Assembly: GCF_036365525.1 (NCBI RefSeq)
Contig: NC_090379.1
Span: forward strand, 26,899,790 to 26,963,789
Direction: 5' to 3'
Source of the DNA: Heterodontus francisci
Lineage: Eukaryota
Length of the DNA: 64,000 bases
Shown: in pieces, positions 13,401 to 24,589 of the stretch
Position numbering within the stretch: the first letter of the stretch is position 1
How the letters are laid out: each line of letters begins with the position of its first letter
Program-made: the position numbers and the translations under genes
The notes under the pieces: model-generated
The model's input: only the letters and a program-made list of their open reading frames with translations
The model's database searches: none
Told to the model about the DNA's origin: nothing

Positions 13401-13581
13401 TACACACATACACACAAATAGGTTACAGAGTGGGGAAGGATAGATTGGTCGTATCAGAGTCCAGAGGAATAGAGTATACAGTCGATGGAAGTTGGTGACT
13501 CAGCTGGCTTCAGGCTGAATTCAGTGTTCATGCAACTTTCCTTTGGTGATCCTGAGGCTACTGGTTTGAAAATGTGAATGG

Positions 13582-14645
13582 TGTCATGAACACGTGCTAT
13601 GCCAAATGATGATTTTGTAATCCATCGGTTGGAAACATGAATTAAACTTTAAAGAAAGGAGAAAAAGGAACTGATGAAAGATGACTACTAGCAACTAAAA
13701 TGGCCACCACAAGTTGCATCAAAATACCCTACATTCCAATGTATTGAGGTGAAAACCTAGGTCTGGTAAATCTCCAACCGGAACAATGGCCTGAGAATTT
13801 TGAATGGGCTCCCTACCCTGCCTTCATTAACAAGACATTAATATTGGAACATTAACACTCGTGAAGATGGACCATTCAAAGAGTAACCACTGAAACATTG
13901 GGGCCCAGAGAGATATTTGAATTCTTAGACATGATCTAATTAAGTTGCAAGAGAGAGAATACACTGGGCCATCATGTGACAGATCCACAATCTGTGTGAA
14001 ACTAGCTGCTCTTTCTGTCTGTAGGCAGACAAGCACCGGAGACTGACCAGTAAAGGACCCAAGTGGGCATCCCTCTCTCTCTCTCTCCCTCCAGGCCATC
14101 TTGCAAGTTCGAACCCTGCCTGTAACCATCCAAGCCTATCATAGCTGCAAACAGAGACACTGTGAAGAAAACCATTTCCAGGAGAACTCTGAACTAGTTG
14201 GCCACAGCTACAAGCTGGAACCCACAAGACCACTGAGTTCAGCTGGAAGATAACTGAGTTACCAAACTCCACAGACTGTATACGCAGTTTTTATTTGCAA
14301 TGGACTCTAATCCAAACAATCTATTCTTTCCCACTCTGTAACCTATTTGTGTGTGTGATTCTTGTGTGTGTGTGTGTGTGCGCACGCAGCTTGTGTGAAC
14401 GTTAAAGTATAGTTTATTATTTTACTTAGAACGGATTTTGTTTTTTAGGACAATAAAACTAACCTCTTGTTTAAAAGCAAGAAAACATGTCCGATTGGTT
14501 CATTTATGATCATAGCACATAAAGGGCTAAACACTTACTGAATTGGGAAGCATATCCATTGCTTAAAAGAATAAACCCTGTTGCAGTCAAACAAGGAGAG
14601 GGACAAGAGGGGGGCCTTTTGACCCCTCCTCACCTGTTCGTAACA
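13582..14645 (+). mobile_element. Solo LTR (family L1) nested in the opposite orientation inside 11254-15305
   Basis: Termini TGTCATGA...TCGTAACA, 4-bp TSD ATGG, AATAAA near the 3' end. Confidence 0.85.
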
Positions 14646-15944
14646 ATGGCTTATTCGATGGTTCACCTGGAGACAGCAATGCAGTTGATTTCCTTCAAGG
14701 AGTCTCTGTCTGCAACAGGGATTTGCCTCGGTGATCATGGTCAACATGCAGGTTTTGAAGCTTGCATGGTGGATTGGAGAGAGAGAGATAGGAAGGGGGG
14801 ATCCTACTTGAGTCTTCTCTTGTCAGTGCCTCGCTGCCTGTTTGGTTACTGCAGAGAAAACACCAGCTTAAGCACACAGATGGTGGCCCTGTCACATAAT
14901 TGTCACCCAGTGATTCAAGCATGGTGGTTACCAGTGTGTATTCCCTCTTGCAACTTAATCAGTCCATGTCTAGGCATTCCCTACTGACAACCAGAGTCCC
15001 ATTGTTCAAGTGATTAGGTTTGGGTGGTTCATCTCCACCAGTTTAATATTCAGGTGATGGCCTTGATGCCTTGCTAATGGGAACAGGATAGGTAGTTCAC
15101 TCAGTTTCCCCAAGTTATTGTTCTTGATGGGTCTGTGCAGACAAACCACCTCAATACATTGGACTGTGAGGTACAGTGATGCAAATTGGGTGGCCATCTT
15201 TAGCTGCTAGTATAGAGTCATCTTTTATCTTTTAAAAAAAAATTAATTCAGGTTTCCAGTCACTGGATTAAAAATCATCATTCAACATAGCATGTTTTCA
15301 TGACACTACCTGACCTACAGAGTATTTCCAGCATTTTCCGTTTTAGTTTCAGATTTGCAGCATCAGCAGTATTCTGCTTTTGTTTTGAACAAGGACAACT
15401 TATATTCATTGATTCGTAGAATGGTTACACACAGAAGGAGGCCATTTAGCCCATCATGTTTCTGCTTTGTGCTACAGCAACTCACCTAGTCCCACTTCCC
15501 TACCTGCATTGCAATTTTTTTCTCTTCCGATAATTATCCAGTTGCCTTTTGAAGGCCTCATTTGCATCTGCCTCCATTACATCCACAGGCTGTGCATTCC
15601 AGATCATAACCACTCGCTGCATAAAAAGGTTTCTCCTCATGTCGCCCTTGGTTCTTTTGCCAATCACTTTATATCTGTGTCCTCTGGTGTATCTTTTTTA
15701 GCGTAGTAAAACATCCCTAGAAACTTCATCAGACTGTTAGCGAACAAAATTTGGCACTTCTATTTATTCACAAGGCATTACTGGCAAGGTCAACATTTAT
15801 TGCCCATCTCTAATTGCCCTTGGGACAAAATTGAGTGGCTTGCTAGGCCATTTCATCGGGCAGTTTAAGAGTCAACCACATTGCTATGGGTCTGGAGTCA
15901 CATATAGGGCAGACTGGGTAAGGACAGCAGGTTTCTGCCCCTGT

Positions 15945-16926
15945 TGTCGTGCCAACTTGCTTTGTTGAATGATAATTTTCTTTAATCCACTGACTGGAGA
16001 TCTGAATTTATATTTTTTGAAGAAATTTAAGAGAGAAGAGATGAAGGATGACTGTGCTGACAGCTTAGGATGGTCATCTAATTTGCAACACGGTATCCTA
16101 CATTGCAAGGCCTGTGAGGTGGAGACAAAAAGGCTGCTCATCCCAGCAAGAACCAGGACCCAGGAAGTTTAAGGTAACTACATGTTTTTTTGGCAAGAAA
16201 GGAAACAGTGCTACCATGTTTGAATCACTGGCTGATGTCATGTGACAGACCCCTGCACAACTGTGTTTTCTCTACAGCAGCAAGGAGAAGCTTCTGGACT
16301 CTGACACATGCAGACCCAAGTAGGGGTCCCTCTCTCTCTCTCTCTCTCTTTCTCTCTATTTCAGCCTACAAGCTTCAAACTCTGAAATAAAAACAAGAAA
16401 CGCTGGAAATACTAGGTAGGTCTGGCAGCATCTGTGGAGAGGGAATCAGAGTTAACGTTTCAGGTCAGTGACCAGCTTCAAACTCTGCCTGTTGAATGAC
16501 CACCTTTGCATACTCCAACTACAATCAGAAACCCCTTTGGAGGAAATCATCTGCATCGCTGTCACCAAGAGACCCACTGAGTCAGTCATCTACTTCTTCA
16601 AACTAAAAGCCTCAGGACCACTGAATTCAGCTAAAAGCCAGCCAAATCCACACTCTGTAACCTATTTGTGTGTGTAATCCTCGAGTGTGTGTGTGTGTGA
16701 AAGTTGGCGAGCAGTTTATTCTTTTTATTAGTTCGGTTTAGGTACAATAAAGTTAACCTCTTTCTTTGTGTAACTCAAGGAAACCTGTCCGATTGGTAAG
16801 TAAGTAATCAAACACCTACTGAATTGGCCAGTACATCCACTTTAAGAAAGAATTAAACCTGTTGTGGTCAAACAAGGAGAGGGAAAAGAGGGAAGTCCTT
16901 TGACCCCTCCTCACTTGACCGTAACA
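15945..16926 (+). mobile_element. Solo LTR (family L1-related)
   Basis: Termini TGTCGTG...CGTAACA. Both ends resemble 13582-14645 (aaacaaggagaggg..cccctcctcac). No clean TSD. Confidence 0.75.
16385..16473 (-). mobile_element. Short Penelope-type non-autonomous repeat with partial hammerhead
   Basis: 14-bp TSD AGCTTCAAACTCTG (16371-16384 / 16474-16487). The minus strand reads ggtcactgacctgaaacgttaactct. Confidence 0.8.
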
Positions 16927-17104
16927 GTGAACCAGACAGGCTTTTACAACAATCCAGTAGTTTCATCGTCACCATTACTGATATTAGCTTTTCTTAATTC
17001 TAGATTTATTTAATTAACTGAATTTAAATTTGCCAGCTGCTGTGGCAGGATTTGAACTCCCCTCTGCAAATCACATTCTGAGTATTGCTGAAAACAGAGA
17101 CATT

Positions 17105-17140
17105 TTGTCAAAGCTTTTCGTCTTCCACTCATCAGGACAA
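17105..17140 (-). ncRNA. Minimal type I hammerhead ribozyme motif in the Penelope terminus
   Basis: Minus strand reads UUGUC CUGAUGA GU-GGAAG-AC GAAA A-GC-U UU GACAA: 5-bp stem I, intact core and palindromic AAGCUU stem III. A degenerate second copy lies on + at ~19267-19297. Confidence 0.7.
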
Positions 17141-17153
17141 TTTGCAAGAATAC

Positions 17154-18182
17154 TTTTATGACCAGGTGAGGAAGGGGTCTTAGGCTCCCTTCTCGCCCCT
17201 TCTCTGGTTTGGCCGTAACAGAGTTTATGTTTTCAAACACAGTGATTTTTTTTTAACTTACCACCGCAGTGAGCCCTTGCTCACTGTTCCTTGAATATAA
17301 TTACAAATGAACCAATCAGACAGGTTTTCTTGGGTTTAAACAAGAAAGATGTAAATTTATTAACCTTATCACTCTAAACTGGTTAAAATGACAAAAATAC
17401 GCTATGCATCCATGCTGACATGCATATGAGAGGCACACACACACACAAATAGATACAGAGGGGAAGAAAGAGTTGGGAGGTTGAAGTAAAGTTTGTAATA
17501 AATGGAATTCAGATACTGGGTTGTAATGTCCTTAATTGAAGTTAAAGTCTTGGAGGACTCGCTGGGGCCACGTGCACAATTTCAGGCTTGCTTCTCTGGT
17601 TCCAGAAGGCCAAAGGGAGGTTTCAACTGTCTTCTTGGTGGCCACCTGTAAATTTCTGTAGTCTTGAGGCTAAGAAACTACCACCGTGGTTTCCCTGGGA
17701 CTTTGCTGGAGAGAGAAAAACAGAGGGAGAGATCCTTTCTCTTGAAGTTCAGTTGCAGTTTCTTTGCTTTCTGAAGCAGAATTCCAAAACCTCAGTCTTA
17801 CACCAGCAGGTAGGTCATGTGACCATCTCTTTGTTTGAAACAACAGTTCATGGAGGGTTGTTTGAATTTCCGAGACTTTCAGACATACTCGGTGGTGGGA
17901 TGGAGTTTGGCTCTTACAAAGTCAGAGGGTGTCGCCACCGTGATTACCACTATTGACAAAACCAATCTTGCTAATTGAATCAAGGAACACCCCCACTGTT
18001 CCAGTTAGACTGGGGTAATTTACTTCTGTCTCTCAGCCAGGCTTTGTCTTCTCAAATGTGCGTGGCCATTTATTTTAGCTGTTCAGTTCTGCTCTTGTTT
18101 GTAGTGTCCTGTAAAATGTTTCAAGCAGTGTTCCATATGACAAAATTAATAGTTCCATTTGGCATGTGTGATTTCCGTCACA
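17154..18182 (-). mobile_element. Solo LTR (family L2) inserted in the Penelope terminus
   Basis: 4-bp TSD ATAC (17150-17153 / 18183-18186). Right terminus ...CGTCACA; left terminus mutated to TTTTATGA. Related fragment at 41498-41695. Confidence 0.8.
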
Positions 18183-19584
18183 ATACCAATGTAAGGGAAG
18201 CAACAAATTTGTACTATATGAGAAGAGAGTGCTGATTGATTGGCAAGTGGACTCTGATTGGTAGAGGCATTGTCATAGAGAATGCACCAGTTTATGGTGA
18301 CTGACAGTTAACTGCCAAGCTTTGTTCAAAATTTAAACCAGGCAGTTTGAGTCTGGTCCAGGCATTGCCCTGAGGAGTGAACCAGCGAATGGCTGTCACT
18401 TATTTTGTTTAGCTGAAACAAGCGCAATGTATGTACATGTTCTTTCTGTCTGCAAAGAACAGGGCCCTGTATTAACATAAGTAGCTTCCAGTACGCGCAA
18501 ATGCACCACACTGCAAGCCCAACTGACAATCTTAAATTGATTGTCAGTGGAACTCTTAGCACACTGAGGATTATTCGGCAAATGTCGTCCAATAGCGGAA
18601 TCACATCTAATGTCGGATACTATGTTTTGAGTTTTGCAAGGACGGGCTGGTTGAGTACGGTCTGTACCTTGCCCGTTAGGAACAGCAGAAGGGACATGTT
18701 GTTTGATATGATCCCCCAGTGTTTGGGATGTACAGTCTATATACCTAGCATCACACTGGCATTGAAATTCATATAACACATTACCCATTTGTGGGCAAGG
18801 TACAGACCGCACCCAACCACCCCAAGCTTGCAAAACACAAAACACAGTATCCAACATGAGATGTGATTCCGCAATTCGACAATATTTGCTAAATAATTCA
18901 GTGTGCTAAGAATTACGCTGAATACCAATTTAAGATTGTCAGTTGGGCTCGCAGTGTGGCGCATTTGCACGTACTGGAAGATAAATATATTAATACCCAG
19001 ACAAAAAGAACACATACACATATTGCGCCTGTTTCAGTTAAACAAAATTAGTGACAGCCATTCATTGGTGCATTCCTCAGGGCAATGCCTGGATCAATCA
19101 GAGTCAAGCTGCCTGGTTTAAATTTCAAACAAAGCTTGGCAGTAACCGTCAGTCACCATAAACTGGTGCATTCTCCAAGGCAATGCCTCTACCAATCAGA
19201 GTCCACTTACCAACCAATCAGCACTCCCTTCTCATATAGTATAAATTTGTTGCTTCTCTTATATTCTTGATGAGTGCACAGTGAAAAGCTTCAACAAAAT
19301 GTCTCTGTTTTCAGCAATACTCAAATTATGTACTGCCAAATGATTATAAATCAGGTTTTGGGATTACTAATCCAGTAGCATGATCACTATGCTCGCATAC
19401 CTAAGGATGTAATAACTCAACTAACAAAAAGCATGGTCAAAGAAATAGGTTTTAAGGAGACAAGAGAGGCAGAGAGGCTTCGGGAAGGAATACCAGAGTT
19501 CAGGGCAAAGGATGTGTTGCTGTTAATTTCTACTCAGCTTTTCTATTGATGTGAAATATTTTCACTGTTTTTAATGTCCCTAGC

Positions 19585-19880
19585 TCATTCGCTGCACTCT
19601 TCCAATACCGGCCTCTTGTGCATCTGCGATTTTAATTTCCCCACCATTGGTGGTTGTGCCTTCAGCTGTCTAGACCCTAAATTCTGAAATTCCCTCTCCA
19701 ACCTCTCGCCCTCCCTATCTCCTTTAAGAAGGTCTTTAAAATTTACCTCTTTGGTCAAGCCAAGCTCCTAACATCTCCTCATGTTGATCTGTCTAGCTTT
19801 ATTTGAGAATCCTGCTTTGGAAGCCTTGGGACGTTTTACTGTGTTGATGGTGCTACATAAATGCAAGTCGTTGTTGGTTT
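19585..19880 (+). mobile_element. L2-type LINE/SINE 3' fragment
   Basis: ccaccattggtggttgtgccttcagctgtct...ttgggacgttttact...gctacataaatgcaagt is a shared L2-like tail, also seen at 51650-52420 and 53330-53735. Confidence 0.6.
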
Positions 19881-21978
19881 TGGACCCTAATCTTAACCAC
19901 TAACTGGAACCCCCAACCCTAAATCCTGCAGTCTCAATAGTTAGTCAAAGTAATCTAATTTCTACTGCACACCTAAGCTGGATTTTCTTTTGTTCAACAG
20001 AAACTCCGATAAGAGGGCTGACTACTGGTGCACCCACTGCAACCCATCCATAATAATAGGAAATTAATTTCCTCGCATTTTAAACAACATGCGCTTGAAA
20101 AAGGTCACTGTAACAAAAGGCAAAGTTCTACACTGCCGAGTTCACCCAAATTGTGAAAATAACCCACTTTGTGAAGTATTAAAAATATATACAAAGACCA
20201 CCAAAGGAATTTCAAATATATTTAAAAACATTTATTTATAAGTGCCTTGATGGGGTATTTTGACTAGGCTAATGGGGTTGAGAATTTAGAGAGATGTAGA
20301 TCGCACCCCCACATACCCCCGTCCCAGAGAATGAATAAATTCCATGAGGTTAACTGAAATAAAATAAAACACCTGGTATTTGGCAGTTCCATTAATTCGG
20401 TGGGGTAGGCCCCTGTCGCCAGCCCCACTCATTCCTGCCTTCTCACTGACTTCTCTGCTGAACGTCGGCCGCCAGTGCAAGCAATGCAGGCCCAGTCTGC
20501 ACACACTTTCCAAAGCTGCGGAAAGGCCGGGGCCACGGGCTTGGCTTAGTTACTGCTGCCTCAGCATTGCAACCAGGGGAGGGAAAGAGACAGGGAGCAG
20601 GAGAGAAGGCTGAAGGGAAAAGCAGGCACCTGTTGAGAGGTGGACCACAGTGATGTGAGGAGAAGCAGACCATAGGACCCAACAGGAGGAGCACCAGGAT
20701 GCAGCAGCTTATATAAGGCGGGTTGATGAGTGCCAATAAAAAAAAATGCTGAGATTTCAGAGCTCTATTGCAAGATCGCAAGTCAGGCTTAATTTTATAT
20801 AGAAATTGTGTTCCTCCCGATAAATTTATGAGTTGGCATGTCTGGTGGAGAGAGAAAAATTGGGCATGTGCAAAGCCAGAATTGAAGGAGTGCAAAGATC
20901 ACAGAGATTTGTAGCACTGGAGGAGGATACAGGGATAGGCTGGGGTGAGGCCATGGAAGGATTTAGAGAACAACGTAGGGAGAACCAAGTATTCCAGGTG
21001 ATGGAAGACAAGTTTAAGAAGAAAATATACCAGAGATATTAGGAAGAATGGAAGAAAATGTATATATCCAGCCACTTCTTCTGGTGCGGTGACTACGTAA
21101 ATTCGACCTACCCTGTAATAAGCCCCGCACCATTTACTTAATCGCCAGATGGAAACGTTTGTAGCAATACTCCTTACTAAGCAATAATTCAAAATATTCA
21201 GCCATTGCTACATCTCCACTACTGGCCACTGCAGATAATTTTCCCTTCCTGATCCTGGCAACAGAGGACCATTGAGTCCAATGGTGTATTTGATCATCTC
21301 AGACTGAAGATGTTATTCAGATTCTCAAAGGGTTTTGTTGAGAGTCCTTCCCAAATCTACTACTCTCAAGGACAAAACACGAGACTAGATTTTCATTTTT
21401 TTTCACTTCATTCTTTTACTTTAATGCCAGAACTAAAATAACGTCAATCAGAAAATATAGGCAACTATTTTCTCATTCCTTATGTTTTTTTCAGCAAGTT
21501 CTCTTGTTCTGTGCTCATTATTTAAGATGAAGAGCTTGTTTATATCTCAATCAGGTGTGTTCCAATTTGGCCTAGCAATTTGAACTTTGAAGTCCAGATA
21601 ACGCGGTTTAATTTGTACTTTTCAATTTCACCTTTGATAGTTTATCATGTTTAAATTTTGTAACCTGGTGGTTTGGAAACAGCTATTCTTACTTTGTTGT
21701 TACAGAAGCATCTGTTCATATCAGCAACTTGAGATATATGTAAAGTAATGAGAACGTGGATTTAAACTTTACACCTGGCCCCAAGACACCGTGGTATGCA
21801 CTTGTGTAGCCCGTGAAGGCAAAAAAGATCAAATGACCCACTCGACATCATCAATACCAAGATCAAGTGTCCTCACAATCTATTTTCCATCGGTTTAAAG
21901 TAAAAGCAACAGAAGATACAAAATTAACAGTGGAATTTTTTTTTACAGAAGTGAGTAACAGAATACACCATAAGTATT

Positions 21979-23433
21979 CTTTCTTTTTTTTTCTTTTGGG
22001 CCTCCTTATCTCGAGAGACAATGGATATGCGCCTGGAGGTGGTCAGTGGTTTGTGAAGCAGCGCCTGGAGTGGCTATAAAGGCCAATTCTGGAGTGACAG
22101 GCTCTTCCACAAGTGCTGCAGAGAGATTTGTTTGTCGGGGCTGTTGCACAGTTGGCTCTCCCCTTGCGCCTCTGTCTTTTTTCCTGCCAACTACTAAGTC
22201 TCTTCGACTCGCCACAATTTAGCCCTGTCTTTATGGCTGCCCGCCAGCTCTGGCGAATGCTGGCAACTGACTCCCACGACTTGTGATCAATGTCACACGA
22301 TTTCATGTCGCGTTTGCAGACGTCTTTATAGTGGAGACATGGACGGCCGGTGGGTCTGATACCAGTGGCGAGCTCGCTGTACAATGTGTCTTTGGGGATC
22401 CTGCCATCTTCCATGCGGCTCACATGGCCAAGCCATCTCAAGCGCCGCTGACTCAGTAGTGTGTATAAGCTGGGGGTGTTGGCCGCTTCAAGGACTTCTG
22501 TGTTGGAGATATAGTCCTGCCACCTGATGCCAAGTATTCTCCGAAGGCAGCGAAGATGGAATGAATTGAGACGTCGCTCTTGGCTGGCATACGTTGTCCA
22601 GGCCTCGCTGCCATAGAGCAAGGTACTGAGGACACAGGCCTGATACACTCGGACTTTTGTGTTCTGTGTCAGTGTGCCATTTTCCCACACTCTCTTGGCC
22701 AGTCTGGACATAGCAGTGGAAGCCTTACCCATGCGCTTGTTGATTTCTGCATCTAGAGACAGGTTACTGGTGATAGTTGAGCCTAGGTAGGTGAACTCTT
22801 GAACCACTTCCAGAGCGTGGTCGCCAATATTGATGGATGGAGCATTTCTGACGTCCTGCCCCATGATGTTCGTTTTCTTGAGGCTGATGGTTAGGCCAAA
22901 TTCATTGCAGGCAGCAGCAAACCTGTCGATGAGACTCTGCAGACACTCTTCAGTGTGAGATGTTAAAGCAGCATCGTCAGCAAAGAGGAGTTCTCTGATG
23001 AGGACTTTCCGTACTTTGGACTTCGCTCTTAGACGGGCAAGGTTGAACAACCTGCCCCCTGATCTTGTGTGGAGGAAAATTCCTTCTTCAGAGGATTTGA
23101 ACGCATGTGAAAGCAGCAGGGAGAAGAAAATCCCAAAAAGTGTGGGTGCGAGAACACAGCCCTGTTTCACACCACTCAGGATAGGAAAGGGCTCTGATGA
23201 GGAGCCACCATGTTGAATTGTGCCTTTCATATTGTCATGGAATGAGGTGATGATACTTAGTAGCTTTGGTGGACATCCGATCTTTTCTAGTAGTCTGAAG
23301 AGACCACGTCTGCTGACGAGGTCAAAGGCTTTGGTGAGATCAATGAAAGCAATGTAGAGGGGCATCTGTTGTTCACGGCATTTCTCCTGTATCTGACGAA
23401 GGGAGAACAGCATGTCAATGGTCGATCTCTCTG
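21979..23433 (-). mobile_element. Young RTE-clade LINE, 5'-truncated, uninterrupted 456-aa C-terminal ORF
   Basis: ORF 22043-23413 covers the RT and C-terminal zinc-finger-like motif. Exact 13-bp TSD CACCATAAGTATT (21966-21978 / 23434-23446). A-rich tail. Confidence 0.95.
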
Positions 23434-24040
23434 CACCATAAGTATTATCAGCTTGTTAACTGTACATTCTGGGACCAGTCTCATCTTTTTAGTCTAGGTG
23501 TTCTGTCATGTAACCTCTTACTGCTGCCAAGAGGCAGGACATGGAGGTGGATCCATTAATCCAACAGCCATCCACAAGGGAGGAAAATTGGGAAGAAAAA
23601 TTCATTAAATATAAATTAATCATGGATCTTGTAAGTTTGCAATCAAATTTTGTGTCTTTAAAATATTTTTCCCGCATTATATTTATTGGCAATAGAATGA
23701 CAGTTGGTAGTATTTGGTATAATTTTACACATCCTACGCACATTTTGATGACTCCAGATATGTCAGTGCCATTTTAATAGCAACAAACATTCAAGTAAGA
23801 CAAATATGGTTACAAGGTATGGAGCACATAAAAATGTAATTAAATATTTACTTTACAAAATAAAATAATTTGCACTTACAGAATGTGGGGAAGACAAAAT
23901 GAATGTGCAATTCTCTAGTTCCACAGACAGGTTCCTGTGAACTTCAGTTTCGTATTAAATTATTAAACGGCGGTAAAGGATATCACATGGACAGTTCTAT
24001 GAAACTTGAGAGTGCTATGGCTATGTTTTCACATTAGGCT

Positions 24041-24257
24041 ATGAACAATGAAATGAGTGCAACGGAAAAAGTGTACACTGGAGAGCTGCAAACACCTGCA
24101 TCCTCTGATGATGTGGATGCCAAAGATGACTGCACTTTTCAGCAGGGTACAAGCCTAAATAGCAGATGGAAAATTAAACAAACAAAACATGTCTCTTTCC
24201 CTTCAGGGGGAAAGATTGTCTCTGGATTAGCAGAACCCTGGAATCCATGGGAAGCTG
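24041..24257 (+). CDS. PPP1R37: Protein phosphatase 1 regulatory subunit 37-like (LRRC68-like), first coding exon
   Basis: Translates to ...KQTKHVSFPSGGKIVSGLAEPWNPWEA, which aligns by eye with human PPP1R37 KRVTFPSDEDIVSGAVEPKDPWRH (recalled). RVxF motif KHVSF at 24185-24199. Ends in a phase-1 donor G|GTAAGT (intron starts 24258). In-frame TAG and a possible acceptor at 24035-24037 just before the ATG. May be a paralog rather than the ortholog. Confidence 0.85.
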
Positions 24258-24589
24258 GTAAGTTCAGTTCCTAATCCAACTAACCTGTTCAACTAAAGTT
24301 AAACCTTTTTAAAACAAACTATCAGGTACTGCTAAGGGAATTCTAATCAGATGTTTTTGAAAAAAGAAAGACTTACGTTTATATAGCACCTTTCATAACC
24401 ACCAGATGCCTCAAAGCACTTTACCGCCAATAAAGTACTTCGGAAGTGTAATCACTGTTGTAAAGTAGGAAACTACAATAAGTTGCATTTATATAGCGCC
24501 TTTAACATAGAAGAATGTCCCAAGGTACTTCAAAGACATGTCATTTTCAAAAAATGTTGAGAGTTCAGATCTTTATCTTGGATAGTGTT

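Larger units (their letters stand above)
11254..15305 (-). mobile_element. Solo LTR (family L1) carrying a nested RTE LINE and a second same-family LTR
   Basis: Termini TGTTATGA...TCATGACA. Reverse complement matches 13582-14645. Splits a short hammerhead-type repeat (gatgctgc|ctgacct) with a degenerate TSD. Confidence 0.75.
17078..19335 (-). mobile_element. Penelope-like element 3' fragment with GIY-YIG endonuclease remnant and inverted terminal copy
   Basis: ORF 18396-18857 reads VLYEFQCQCDARYI..TSQTL..HIKQH...SAIGRHL..NPQCA...FKIV...HLRVLEATY. 18800-19335 is an inverted copy of the 3' part. Hammerhead cores at both ends. Confidence 0.85.
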
